Shown: positions 12,690 to 27,055, numbered from the stretch's first letter. The stretch: DNA of 64,000 nucleotides from Ostrea edulis (GCF_947568905.1 NC_079169.1:6696001-6760000); one strand, 5' to 3'. Numbers and translations are program-made. The notes: generated by a model from the sequence alone, not told the origin.

Positions 12690-14285
12690 CATGAATTATC
12701 TGGTCCTCCTTAACGTATAACTTGTATATTGAATACTCATTTATTGTATTGTATTGTATTGTTTATTGGCTTTAAGCCTTACGGCTCATCAGCATAATAC
12801 ATATTCAATTACAGAGTATAAACAAAAAAGGTGTATACAATATGAAAAGTGGAGTGAATTTTAAGAGGACAGACATACATGAATACGCATTTATTAGCCA
12901 ACCCCCCTTAATATAACGTTGTATATTGAATACGCATGAAATTACCCGATTTCCTTCATGTATAACTTGTATATTGAATACGCATTTTAAGTAGCCAGGC
13001 CTTCTTGACAAGAATTAGCCGGTCTCCTTGATGTATAACTTGTATATTGAATACGCATGAATTAGCGAGTCCTACTTAAAATTATAACTTGTATATTGAA
13101 TACGCATTAATTAGCCAATCCTCTTCAATATATAACTTTGTATATTGAATACGCATTAATTAGAGAATCCTCTTTAATATATAACTTTGTTTATTATATA
13201 GCTAATAAATAGTCAACTATAAAATCTGCGTAAAATCTAGAGAATGTTAGCGTTCAATATCCTGAGAATTTATTGAACGCTAACTTTGCATTGCGTAAAT
13301 TGTATGCGCCCGAAACATTCCGAGTATGAGCGTTCAATATTGACGTTACCGTCACGACGTAAACAAGCTAAAATGGCAGACGACGGTCCTCCGAATCTGA
13401 CAGAGCTGGTATTTGATATTTACTTAAGCAAAATGTTTTACTGTACTTAAATTATGATGTCCCCATTCACAAAATCAGTTTGCCTCATGCATTAATGACG
13501 GGTTAAATATTGAACAGTTAAGAAATGCATGTTGATATTGCACACTGCCAATATTGAAATCTCGTCTATTTTGGGGTATTTTGAGTGAAAAGGTATATAA
13601 TTTAACGACTAAATACTTTAGCTATATAATAAAAGGGTTATTGAACTTGTATTGGTGAATATCGGCACTCGTTGGCTGTCAAAATGCACTCGCAAGCTCG
13701 TGCATTTTCACAGCCAACTCGTGCCAATATTCACCAATATAAGTTCAATAACCCTATAATATTGAATATGCATGAATTAGCCGGTCTCCTTGATGTATAA
13801 CTTGTATATTGAATACGCATGAAATAGCGAGTCCTACTTAATTATAACTTGTATATTGAATACGCATTAATTAGCCAATCCTCTTCAATATATAACTTTG
13901 TATATTGAATACGCATTAATTAGACAATCCTCTTCAATATATAACTTTGTATATTAAATATGCATGAATTAGCCGGTCTCCTTGATGTATAACTTGTATA
14001 TTGAATACGCATTAATTAGCCAATCCTCCTTAATATATAACTTTGTATATTGAATACGCATTAATTAGCCGGTCTCCTTAATATAAAACTTTGTATATTG
14101 AATACGCATGAAATTAGCCGGTCTCCTTAATATATAACTTTGTATATTGAATATGCATGAATTAGCCGGTCTCTTTGATGTATAACTTGTATATTGAATA
14201 CGCATGCATTAGCCTATCCTTCTTAATGTATAACTTGTATATTGAATACGAATGAATTAATCAGCCCTCCTTATTGTATATCTTA
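12690..14285. repeat. Tandem array, ~41-44-bp unit (AACTT[T]GTATATTGAATACGCAT[G/T]AATTAGCC...), split by an inserted element
   Basis: Directly visible; interrupted at ~13190-13757. Confidence 0.92.
13190..13757. mobile_element. Non-autonomous hairpin + long-palindrome element (Crypton-like) inserted in the satellite
   Basis: Perfect 14-bp stem GTTAGCGTTCAATA/TATTGAACGCTAAC (~13246-13284); ~125-bp quasi-palindrome ~13633-13755; the satellite unit resumes cleanly on both sides with no obvious TSD. Confidence 0.6.
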
Positions 14286-15294
14286 TATCCAACGTACTCT
14301 ACGTATGTATATAACCAGGTTTTTCTTTTTCATTCATCTTTGGAACATTAACAATTTTGTAAAATGTGAAATTGGTATGCATACCTCATGTACCATTGAT
14401 TTATAAGAGTTTTAACTGAACTTGAACTGAAAGCAAACTGCACCCGCCGTTCTGAATCTAGTACTGGTTCCATACAAGCCCTGTGTTCGGTATGTACATA
14501 TGTAAATGGGGGTCAATCGTGGGAGCTTTGATGGACACATCTCAGGGAAACAGTATATTGACAGAGTATGGGGAACTTTAGCAGGAAGTTATTGAACAAA
14601 TTTTGAAAGGAGATGCCATATGTACTAAACACCGATTCTAGAATTATATGTAAGTTGATCGATTTCTTTGAAGTCTGGATTGTGTTAAGATTTGACAATT
14701 ATCTATTACTTTCCATAGATAAGTATGCCGAGGGGAAGATCAGTCGACAAATGGAAGTTTTAATGGGATGTCAACAACCGTCATTAGAAAACTGGGAATC
14801 CCTGCGTTAGAGTATTACTAGAACACGCATCATTCGTGGGTTCCACTCACCGAAAAATAAAACCATCTGTAGACGAAGCAGTTTTAATTGGAACTAAACA
14901 AATACTGCTCATTATTTCTTGCATAATATGCCGATTTACTGGAGAAAATAGACACATTGTATGAATTCTTTGCTGATGGGTGAGAAAAATTACTTCACAA
15001 CTCTGCAAAAACATTGTGGAAAATGTCTTGTATTTTTTGTTTTAAAGTTGATTTGGAAATGTTTATATCTCAAAAAGTGATTATTAGAACAAAGTAAAAA
15101 AAAAACCATTCACTTTAATATAGCGAAAAAAGGGGAGAAGGGGGGGGGGGGGCGACCCTAAAAAATAAAACATTTAGGCAGAAAGCCGTCTTTAAAGTCT
15201 GTAAGGGTTGTGGTGTAAATTTTTACGTCCTCATCATGAAATGGCTTTGACAGATAGTGTTGCCGATTTGGAATCGTCCTACCTTCGTATATTA

Positions 15295-15705
15295 TAGCAT
15301 AGGGTGATGGCTATTAATTATTCTCTTAGAGAAGTGGGCAGGCATAGAATGGAAAGTAAGCTATTATTCATTCCCTGTAAAGAAGTGGGCAGGCATAGTA
15401 TTGGATGATGGCTATTATTTATTCTCTTTAGAGAAGTGGGCAGGCATAGGATAGGCTGTTTAATTATTCTCTTAGAGAAGTGGGTAGGCATAGAATAGAA
15501 AGTAAACTATTATTCATTCTCTTTAGAGAAGTGGGCAAGCATAGTATTAGATGATGGTTATTATTTATTCTCTTTGGAGAAGTGGGCAGGCATAGCATAT
15601 GAAAATAGCTATTAATTATTCTCTTAGAGAAGTGAGCAGACATAGCATATGAAAATAGCTATTAATTATTCTCTTAGAGAAGTGAGCAGACATAGCATAG
15701 GAGGT
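15295..15705. repeat. Degenerate tandem array, ~45-50-bp unit (CTCTTAGAGAAGTGGGCAGGCATAG...)
   Basis: About nine visible copies of GAGAAGTG[G/A]GCAG[G/A]CATAG. Confidence 0.9.
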
Positions 15706-15929
15706 AGGTTATTTTTGCCCACCCCTCTTACGAGAATAACTTTAATACTTCAACCACTATATTAAAGAACAACTCATCGGCCGAAATTAAAATTAATCTA
15801 CTTCCTAACAATATAGTTTAAAATTACCGACTCTCGTTATAAAAACTATATTGTGTACAATGAAACATGATTTGTCTTACTATGACTTCATATTACCATT
15901 TGTTGCTATTGTAACTAAGATGTATGCCC

Positions 15930-16179
15930 NNNNNNNNNNNNNNNNNNNNNNNNNNNNNNNNNNNNNNNNNNNNNNNNNNNNNNNNNNNNNNNNNNNNNNN
16001 NNNNNNNNNNNNNNNNNNNNNNNNNNNNNNNNNNNNNNNNNNNNNNNNNNNNNNNNNNNNNNNNNNNNNNNNNNNNNNNNNNNNNNNNNNNNNNNNNNNN
16101 NNNNNNNNNNNNNNNNNNNNNNNNNNNNNNNNNNNNNNNNNNNNNNNNNNNNNNNNNNNNNNNNNNNNNNNNNNNNNNN
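15930..16179. other. Assembly gap (250 N)
   Basis: Run of N. Confidence 1.
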
Positions 16180-16559
16180 TACATTTCCAATGTTTCTGCC
16201 TTTGATATCTTTACAAATTGTAATGGTAGCCATTTCCTCATGAATGTGTAGCAGTTGTGAACAATGCGCGTATGAATCTTGATAAATATAGTACATCTAT
16301 AATTCCCACAGAAATGAAAGGAGAATATAAATTCAGGAGAGCACGTTTGTTTGTTCATTATTACAAGGAACCATACAGTTCACATGTTTAACGTCTATAC
16401 ACAAAATAATTTGTACAATGATATGTTTAACATATAAAGCATGACATAATAAATAAGACTATGCGGAATAGGAACTTTGTAACATTATTACAATTTCCTT
16501 TTATACACTGTCATATGAAAGCGGCAATGATGCTCTGTATGATATATGATGTGCACTAA

Positions 16560-16900
16560 TAGAAGTGACAATAATATCCCAATGATATATTAAATTTCTG
16601 CTCTTAACTTTTAACACTTATAAAAATATTTTCCCCAATTTACATAACTCTGTGACATTTTCTGCTAACAACAGGTGAACAAGTCTGAAGGCAGAGATAT
16701 GTTTATAGTAATATTTCTTTATGAACATTTCCCTTACTTCATCATGAAATGGGCAGATCAGAATAAAATGAAACTCATTGGAAAAGTATCCAACCGACAT
16801 ACTCTCAACATTTCTTGATATACATTGTATACATACAATTATCACTCTGTTTTAATTTTAACCAATATTTCAACATTCTGTATTTCCTGTGATGGTCTCT
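16560..16900 (-). mobile_element. Decayed LINE ORF2 C-terminal fragment (same type as 4350-4970)
   Basis: NEFHFILICPFHDEVREMFIKKYYYK motif matches the zinc-finger C-terminus of such LINEs. Confidence 0.6.
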
Positions 16901-18053
16901 GTCCCAATTAATAATATATCATCAGAGATGCATTGCATTTCTTGACATCTACTGTTTTTATTTTTACAAGAATGGGAGAGAATACCCGGTACTCATTTCT
17001 TTTGCTGGGTGTTGTCCCCAAACTTCACGTCCATAGTTCGCTGCACACCCAATACAAGTACCAAACAATGACAATTTTGTACTTACATTCAAGTACAATG
17101 ACTTCTTTTTTGTTATCAAACAACTTAAACCTTTTCTACTTTGTACTACTGGTACACTTAGTGTTTTATAAACGGCAACACTTCAGGTCGGCAAACTCAT
17201 CAAGTATGACGATATGAAGCATTGCTACTACATTTTCAAATATGAAATTTATTTTTTAAATATGAGATATGTCTTTAAATTTGTATGATATGTTGTATTG
17301 TGAGCTGATAAGCTGAAAAGTTCAAAACGGCAAAGAACTTGAACAGCTAATAACAAATTTCGCATAAAATATTTATTCAGTGATTATTCATAAAGTACTA
17401 CGTACATTTATAAAGTACTAATTATTCGTAAAGTACAAGTCATTCAATTGATATCTGAGTATATCACACCTGGTAAAAATTGTGCTAAAATTCGAAAACC
17501 ATGAATTTGTTTGATTGTTAAGAATTAAGTTAACGAAATCGATTTATAAGTTTATCTGATTGTTAAGAAGTTAATGAAATCCATTTATAAGTTATATTGA
17601 CCAATAATTGCTTAATTGAGCTAAACAGTTCCCCCATCGCTGCCCGACACTTTATTTCAGTTTAACCACATAATGCAATAATTGAAATGGTGGAGGTAAT
17701 AATGTCCACTTATCGGCGGCATTTTCTAAGGAACGACCACAGTATAGGGTTGGTTGTCGATAAGCCGCGATCAGCAGATCAAGACTGTAGGTGAGGACGG
17801 CCTTCTCATCCCAACGGGACGAAAATACGGTTCCATTTTGGTCACTTCTGTTGAAGACGGAGGCCTTGCCCTCTTTAACTCTGGATAAAGGGGTGGGTAA
17901 TTTTAAGATAAGAGAAATCCTCGAGGAAAAAAGCGCACTTTTTTTGGCAAGAAACACCTGTTAATATTGTTTGAAAAACAGCGTAAAGGTTTACTTACTT
18001 TAAAAGAATTCTATCTCTCTGTTTTCAAGATAGATAAAATGCTTATTTATGCA

Positions 18054-18102
18054 GGATTATCCGGGTTTTAATTAGCGGATTAATCGGTGCATGCAGGGAT
18101 TA
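18054..18102. promoter_or_regulatory. Cluster of three GGATTA (TAATCC) K50-homeodomain-type sites upstream of the AChBP-like gene
   Basis: GGATTA at 18054, 18077 and 18097, same orientation; function not demonstrated. Confidence 0.3.
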
Positions 18103-18341
18103 TTTTGCTAGCATCCGAGTGCTGTTGTCTGGGAGGAGTCTAGCACGACCAATGCTGGAGTTACTGACTCCAAGCTAGTTACCGTGTTTGTCACGTTATA
18201 ACGGCTGGCTTGTTATTGCAGCGTGTCCAGCAACAGAGCACTGTCAAGCCTGACTGTCGGCACTGAGGCGATCTTGTCATTATGTAGTGTTTCTCGATTT
18301 CAGGAGTTCATACTACATTGTGAGCAAGGAGCTGAAAAAAC

Positions 18342-21300
18342 ATGGACGTGTATATTTTTCTTTTCCTAGGATTGTTTTCGAGGTAAGTAATCTATTTTCT
18401 TTTGCCCCACCAAAGATCACAATTTAATTATTCTGATTCGATAAAAGTAAAACGATGCTTCTTAATCTGAAACAACATCAACGAAATGATTAACTCAAAG
18501 TTCTGTATATGACGGGATCCTGAATCATTCTATAACGCAGTACATTTACCATTTATATTTATCATAATGATGAAATTAAAAAATCTCGTTGTCTTTTTTA
18601 AAGAGTATCATGCATCTTGATAATCTAGCATATGTGAGAAGTGCAAAAACACATGTATATCACTTAAGTAAACAGAGAAAACACAGAAAAGCGCAGCAGG
18701 TTTCAATGGCGGGAGTCTGTAGGAGAGTAGTTTGTTCAGAATCTTGTACATCATTAATGAGTCTAGAATCCTCAAACGACAACACAGCAAGATGCTTTCG
18801 TTATCAAGCAAATATTAATTAAGAATTTGTAAGTTTTATTGGACGCGACGGGGCCCCCATGTTTGAAATGTAATACTATCCTTCGATTAAACCTCATCTA
18901 TGTATTCTAATGATCATCTGACCCCAAAAATAAGTATTAATTTAAGCCATCCCCCCTCAGTCTGACCCTAATTTGTTCAAGCTTTTTAAAATTAATGTTC
19001 ATCTGAAGACTGATATTGGAGCCTTTATTTCTATGTTGGAATCTCAACATTTTTGTGAAGATCCATTATCAACTAGGATTATAGATGCGAAATCTGTAAT
19101 AACAAAACCAACCCGTCAGACATAATGTCTTAAAACATCCGTCGATATGGGTGGGGAAAACCCCGGTATTTGGACTGACGGAATAGTAGACCCCCAATAG
19201 CGCGTGCTGAAGAGAGTGGCAGCCGTTTATTAGCACTTCGAATACCTCCGTCTCGTGCCAAAATCATCACCTGATGCGGGGGAGGGTGGCACGGCCATGC
19301 ATCAGCAAATATAACTGCAATGTATATTTATGCTCACTATGTCAATATTAGACAGTTACGTCATTCTATATTTACTGCACAGTGACGGATTCAGATTGAT
19401 GAATCTATGATGTGATTTATTTTTGAATATCTGCAGAAAGAAGTTGATGAAAATCGTACTTCCTTGGTCACGAAAACATATTTATAGTCATGCTACGAAA
19501 TGTGAAAAAACAACAACTAAAAACAAAATAAAACCACACACCCGACACCCGTGCTGTGTTATAAAAATCTTGGATATCAAAATCTTGGATAGCTTTTACA
19601 CCTTTGACATGAGTTTATCTTAAAAAGAATTATAACACATGCAACATTTTCTGGTTGAGACCAGAAACGATTATTTGCCTTCAGTGTCCCTCAAACCTTC
19701 ATCCAGTGGTCAGTTGGTCAGAAACAAATCGTCAGATCAATATCTAGAGAAGTAATATTCATTTTCTAGGGTATCTACCATCTCGTATTATCTTAGACAC
19801 AACCGTCAAGCCTGTGGTCCCCGTCTTCAGATCACGAATAACTCTGAAATACATTTATTACCGATACACGAACTAGTTAGCTTAGCTTAACATTTTTTGA
19901 CATCTAAGGGACAAGTGGCCTTGACAAGAACACTGATGAAAAACCACAGAAACTGTGTATGTAGAGGCACTACATCACATCATGGCCATGTGGCTACGTT
20001 TCCTACATGCATTTCAGATTATCAAGAAATCTGTGATAACTGTAGTATGTATAGATAATTCAAGAAAGTGGATAATAATCTTAATGACACAGAAGACAAA
20101 TAACATTGATCGTTCTGAAATACCGCTAGACAACTAATGTTACTGTATCAGACGATGCCACTGTAAATTTGAGGACATGACCGCCACTGTCATCCGGGCA
20201 CCTGCTATCCAGAAAATTAGGTCTTGTGTACCACGTGATAGGGTCCGCTAATATCTTAATTATGAGACTCTGAAATAAAAGATTTCCAATACAGGACAAG
20301 ATCCGTAGGAGACAATGTTTGACTTGGGGATGACCGGTAATTCCCGGATCGTTTCGTTATCACAGAAGCAAATATTATCCAATTATTGTGAATAACTTTC
20401 TGATTACTCACTATGTATATACACTTCTAAACATGTCGTCGGTCTTGTGATTGCATTTCTCCCCCCTTTAAATGTAAATTCGACTCACTAAGAGTATTGA
20501 CTGATGGGTCAAGCTTACACATTCCGTTAACACTAAATAAACGATTTGTTTTCTTAGAACTACTTACTGGTTTCAAAATACATGTACATGTAGTGTAAAC
20601 TTTTGATGTAGATGAATTTCATTAATCAATAGATTTAAAGTAAGACAGACACATTTAACACTGAATTTTGTGTAACTTTAGATTTAGTAACGCACGAAGT
20701 CAATACTTTTTACGTAGATTTTATTTTATCTATTTTATTATCATTTCAACATGTCCCTCACCACGGACCGAGTCCCTGGATGCCCAATTAAACAGATAGA
20801 ATAATTGAACACTGACATTATATCGCACCATGACTGTGGAGTTTTTGCTCAAATCGACGTTCATTTTATTAGTTCATGACCTGAAGCTGAGATAGTGCTG
20901 TACATCGATACACGTGTAATACAGAGATGCTCACGGACCAGGACGTGCCGGAAAACAAGTCGAAACCTTTAAAAGACAATTTAGACATGAATTTTATCAT
21001 AATTACCGTCTTCCAAGGAAGACGGTATCATATTACAGTCTTCGGACAATGCACTTCCTCTCCTCTGTGATTGGTAGAAAATGTATGATGTGAAAATTTT
21101 AATTTATTTCATTGGTTGAAATTCTGTTCAACGCAAGGGAGATACTGATGATCTCACTTACATACTACTTAACGATTTTATAAGATTTTCAATCTTAAAA
21201 AAGAGAGAGAAAGCGAAGAGAAAAAATAAAAAATAGATTTGCAGCATAATGAAACTGAAATTTTAATCTTATTCATAACAACTATCAAAGATGTTTCTAC

Positions 21301-24300
21301 AACTCAATAAATGACAGGAATGGTCTTTTTTTGACGCAAACCTTAAAATTCTTCTTGATAAAGTTTGGGAAATTTTCAGCTATTTAGTAGTCTTGTTTCT
21401 TGCTGTGTGAAAACTTAAACACGCTGAACATTTGCTTTTCACTGTTTTTTTTGTGTTTTTTTTTTGAGATTGAAAAGAAACAATGCTTTCTATTTTTAGT
21501 ATAAATATCATGTCTACTTCAAGGTCATACTAGAAAAATTATTGTACAGTAGGTGTTTTATAAAACTTGATTTTATATAAGATTTACCATTTTAGAAAAG
21601 TTAGTGGTCATTTAATAAGAATATAAATACTTAAAGCATATATATATTTATATCAGTTTACTGTATAGGTTTGTTCCCAAAGACGGCACGCTTTGTTAAA
21701 AAGCTATACTTGTTCCACAGTTTATCTTTACTAAGGCTTAAACTTGAATGAGTATCTAGACGTACGACTTATTTACAATGTGCTATTCATTCTACAACGA
21801 ATATTTATTTGTTTTTCTTCCATTTATTGTAACCTCTTCTCAGTGTTTGTGAATTTTCCGTTCCTCTTACATAGTTTTCCTAAAGGAAGTTAATTTCGTT
21901 GTATTTCATGAACTTCAAACTTTAAGTGACTCTAGTCGTGGACCTACACACAATTGTACGATTTTGTTTTTTAAGTACCACATTTCGTTTGTTATAATAA
22001 CCTTGACTGGTATAAGTGGTCGGGTCTCCGATTCGGGATCTGACACCTTACAAAGCACAGAAGAGTACAAGTGAAGAAGTTTCTCTCACTTTGGGTGTCC
22101 GATTCTCGTTACTAGGGGGCTGGTGACCGCGTAACCTAAACAACTTGAGCCATGATATCGCCATGTGTCACCGATATTGCGGGATTTGTTTAGTTTGTCA
22201 GCAATCTGCAGTCAATGTGAGCCATACATGTAACCTTAGATGACCTATTATTTACAGAATGGGCACTGCTTTACGTATGTTACCTTCTGTGATTCCCCGT
22301 GTTAGCTTTGATTGATATCATAATAACACTGCTTATTGTTTTATGCATAAAAACGTCAAGGACAGCGGCGTTTTAGGGGTACTTTCTTTCTAAAACTTCA
22401 TGATGATTCTGTTTCTGGCAGACATTTTCCCAAACAGACCTCCTTCCTTCGAGTCAACCCACAATTCTTGGCACGTGTATTGTTCTGATTACAGTATCTC
22501 ACACTCGACATGTAGTTGAACTTTGCATAGTGTAGTTTTCAAAGAGAAATGTCCCAGTTGTATAGCATGACTTTCATGTATACGAGTGTATCCAAAAGTT
22601 ACACATCAAAATTTAATAAATTCAAGTTAAATGTAATATCCCCCAAATACTTTACTGACTATACATCCTTAAAGAATGACAACAGAAAGAGTTGTGTATT
22701 TGTTTTGCCGGTGTTCCGTTCGAATCGCAGAATTTACCCATGAACTCCTACTATCACCAACATCCGCATGGGGTAAATAGTTGGATGATTACTGTAGTGT
22801 TTGCAAAGTGTGCATTTCAGAGAGGAACCACGGCTGCGCATAACATCGGTACGGGAAACACCCTGCAGATTTTTACTGAGATTGCTTACTACTAGTATAT
22901 CAGAAGACAATTTAGAATACTGAATATAATACACCCAGTCAGTATATGTTATCAGTTAATGACAAATTAGATGACCATCAATTATCCTCAGAGAATTGGC
23001 ACATGAACTTGTGGATTTGCTCAAATGAAAATGCATTAGCAAAGATGTTCGTGATGCACCAAATGCCAGCTTTAAGCGCCCCCGATCAAATTAGAACTAT
23101 ACGACTACATTAATATCTTGGCTCAGCAATCAAACACGTTGGTTTTTATTTTTTCAGTTATTCACCATTCCTCGATAAATCCTTTCCTTTATTATATTTT
23201 TAGACCCTGGCGGAAGACGGAAGCATAACCAAAATCTCAGGGCTTGTTTTGAAAGATAAAACAATTGCTTATTACATGTAAATCAAAATATCTGGCGGCC
23301 TCTGCCGGTAAAGCGTTGAATTTCCCTGTGATCTTTAACAAGTTTCTTACATGATTTCGGCAGTTGTGCAGTATCTTGGAATCTAATCAGCGAATGATAA
23401 TTCGCTCTGAGAGTAAACTCCTATGTGCCGAGACCGGACTGCTGGCATACCTAGTATATAGCACTCTAAATTGATCGTGTCGATAAACATTTTACATGAT
23501 TATTTTTCCCTTGAATTTCTTTATTCATAATCATACATGTTTTTTTTTTTATTGTTAGCAACGTGTGGGGTGAAAAAATTTTCATCTTAAAATAATCGTT
23601 AAGTGTGAAGTTTTAAAATTTCTTGAGTCCTAGTCCTTGAGGGTTATGAGAATACTAGTATCGATAATTTTTGTACAACTTGATTTCCGAAAGTAATATT
23701 TACTACTCAAAATTTGATAAGGATCATAGATATTTTTCTGTTTAAAAAATTAATAACTGCATAACTGGCAATATTGTGTCCAAGTGAAATCAAAAACGTC
23801 TTCAACAAACTTGCACGTGCATTTCATGCCATGGGAAATGCGTTTCTCATCACAGTTTATGCTTTTGCTACCATTGCATGATTTTCACTCAGGCATCGGT
23901 GTCTGATTCTTTCTAAAATTTCCAACTCACTTGAGTTTTACACTACGTTTATCAACACAATGCCTCCTCAATGTGTAAGGCGTCGCCTGACGACAGAACA
24001 ACTGGGCAGATGTATTGGAATGCTTGACGCTGGCTATTCACAACGTGACGTTGCAAATGCACTGAACGTCAGCCAGAGCATTGTAAACAAGGCCTGGAAC
24101 CGACAGCAAACTTTTGGTACAGCAGCACACCGACATGGGGGTGGTCGTCAGAGGTCGACAACCCAACGCCAAGACCATTTTGTGGCTCTTCAGACACGAC
24201 GCTATCCCTTCTGGACAGTAACCAGCCTACGTAACGACCTCCTGAACACCTCGGGGGTGAATGTATCCACTCAGACGATACGGAATCGGCTTCACAATGC

Positions 24301-27018
24301 AGGTCTCAACTCGAGAAGGGCATGTGTTCGAGTCCCTCTGACTGTTCGACACCGGCGGGAGCGATTGGACTGGGCTGAAGATCATGTCACTTGGACACAG
24401 AACGATTGGGTTCAAGTTCTGTTCACCGATGAGTCCAGGTATTGTTTGGACTTTACAGACAGGAGGCACCGAGTGTGGCGACGACAACGTGAATGTTTCC
24501 ATGATGCCACCATCAGTGAACATGACCGTTATGGTGGTGGTTCCATCATGGTCTGGGGTGGAATCAGCAGGGATGGAAGAACAGATCTTCATGTCCTGGA
24601 GAGAGGAACAATGACGGGGGAGCGGTACCGGGATGAGATCCTCGATGTTTACGTCAGACCCTACGCTGGTGCTGTTGGCCCTGAGTTCATCCTGATGGAT
24701 GATAACGCCCGTCCTCATCGCGTCAGGGTGGTGGAGCAGTACCTTCAGCAGGAGTCAATTGTCCGTATGGACTGGCCAGCGCGCTCGCCGGACTTGAACC
24801 CGATTGAGCAAATATGGAACATGCTGCAGGTTGCCCTTTCACGCCGTAGAGCACAACCCACGACTTTGGCAGAGCTCGGAAACGCCCTCGTGGAAGAGTG
24901 GAACAACCTTCCCATTGGAAACATCCGGGTGCTTATTGACAGCATGGCTCGACGTTGTCAAGCCGTCATTGATGCAAGGGGATGCCATACCCGGTATTGA
25001 CACTTCATCGACTAAGTGTAATGATGGACTATCCCCCAAATTGTGTAATTCTTTCTCTGGTTTGCTGTTAACTGTTTGTAATGAAATGCCTTTTGGTGTT
25101 GTTATCAGATTTCAAGCATTCCGTATTGATAAAAGTTCATGCCGTTTATGAATTTCCATTCATAACCTGAGTAAACACGTTTCTGAGTCAAATTTATGTC
25201 TTTTGTTATGTTAGTGGTAAAGTACACACATATAACCTAGTGATCCTTATCAAATTTTGAGTCTCGTTTAAAGTCTGCATTTCGCAAATTCTATGGTCGT
25301 TATAATCATATTGTTTGCCCATATAACCTCTCATTGGGCCAAATGCTGTCTGACGTATTAGGCCGTTCTTAACACACTGGTTTTGACTACGGATTACTCC
25401 GTTTACCCGATGAGGACATAGGGCTCATGGTGGATGTGGCCAGTCGACAGGGGATACGTACTCCTCTTAGGCACCTGATCCCACCTCTGGTAGATCCAGG
25501 GGTCCGTGTTTGCCCAACTTTCTATTTTGTATTCCTTATAGGAGTTGTGAGATTGATCACTGTTCGTTATCTTCGTCTTTCGAATAAAATATTAATGAAA
25601 TCGTATACATTAAAGCTATAAGCTACGATGTCTACATTTCACAAAACCAATGATTCATAGAATTAAGATAGGTAGGCCAATCATCTCGACTTTATTTGAA
25701 AAATGGCTAGCAAGAATAATTTATATGATGCACCTATAAAGCGCACATATAACAGTTCGCAGCTGGAGATATGTCATTTTATATTTTATTCCCCCTTCAT
25801 ATCCCGCACGATGCTTACACATTGCACCTAATTTGAATTACATCATTTGTCTAGTGTAATCACGATATGAGAAAATTTAATGCGAGCGAGATTATCTGCT
25901 GCCGGTTGGTGCTCATTGATAAATCAGCCCAATTTACAAATATAGAGATTTATTCTCCTTCAAATCAAAGATCTTTGCTTGCTCCGACAGAAGGTTACAA
26001 TCAACACTTGGTACAGAATTTATATAGAATCGGTATTGTGCTGCTTTAAGTCAGATGTATTTTGCTTCATTGAAAATTGACGTGTTTTACTGAAGGCAAA
26101 GGTTAAACTCATGTGTATGATCCACCATTTCATGATAACCGAAATTGACTGTCCATTGCGTACCAATTTCTGTCTGTCTGAAGAGGTAAAGTGGGAACCC
26201 GTTTGTTGCTATGGAAGAAAAGTACAAAACAGTTACCACGAGGAAAGATAAAAACCCTCGTACCATCCAATTGTTAAATCGTTGACTACAAACGAATTCT
26301 TTATTCTGCAACCTTAAGCATTCCTTGATTGTTATAGCGCCATAATTAGGACAATTCATTACCATGCCATTTAGAAAGTGGAGATATCAAGATGAAACAT
26401 CTTTCTGTTAAAAACAGGCATACTTGTTATAAAAATATTCTACTTAAGCAATGCAGATGTTTTCAAAATCTAAAAAGAGGTGACGTTAAAAAGTAATTTT
26501 GCAGTACCGAATTCAGTTAAGTTATTATAGAATAGCATATTTTCGTTGAGTAGAATTTTCGAATTCGAAAATTGAAGACAATAGAATGTTTGTAGTGTCT
26601 GTAATCTTCGTCCTGTCTGATATGAACTGTGACACCTCGTGACTAGCGCTTTATGAAAAGTAGGCCGGAGTGGCGCGCCGCAGTTCACACCCTCGTGTAT
26701 TTTCAAAACAAAAAAATTATTCCATAAATTTACATTCTGCTTTCATTTCTGTCGAAGTTCTCAACCGTTAATGTTTTTTTACTATATATATCTCCATCAA
26801 GTAGGTCTGTATTCATACGCGCATTGTTTACAACTGCAGTGTGTTCATGAGGATATACCTTCATTTGTAAAAATGTTAAGATAAAATATTGGAAATGTAA
26901 ATATATACTAATGTTAATTTACTTTCTATTTAGTCATGATAATTAACTTTTTATGGAGGATTTGAATGGCACAAAAATCAAGTCCCATTAAAATGACTTG
27001 TTATTACCGGTACATGTG

Positions 27019-27055
<37 letters not shown>

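Noticed and set aside
15851-16358. Long ORFs in the ORF track
   Set aside because: Artefacts of translating through the N gap
24227-25151. Overlapping alternative and antisense ORFs within the Tc1 transposase
   Set aside because: By-products of a GC-richer coding sequence; no recognisable motifs
25380-25581. Hammerhead ribozyme or SECIS in the Penelope-like 3' region
   Set aside because: No CUGANGA...GAAA core and no convincing SECIS helix or apical AA in this copy
26087-26365. 92-aa minus-strand ORF with a hydrophobic stretch inside intron 1
   Set aside because: No family motif or exon partners found; length compatible with chance
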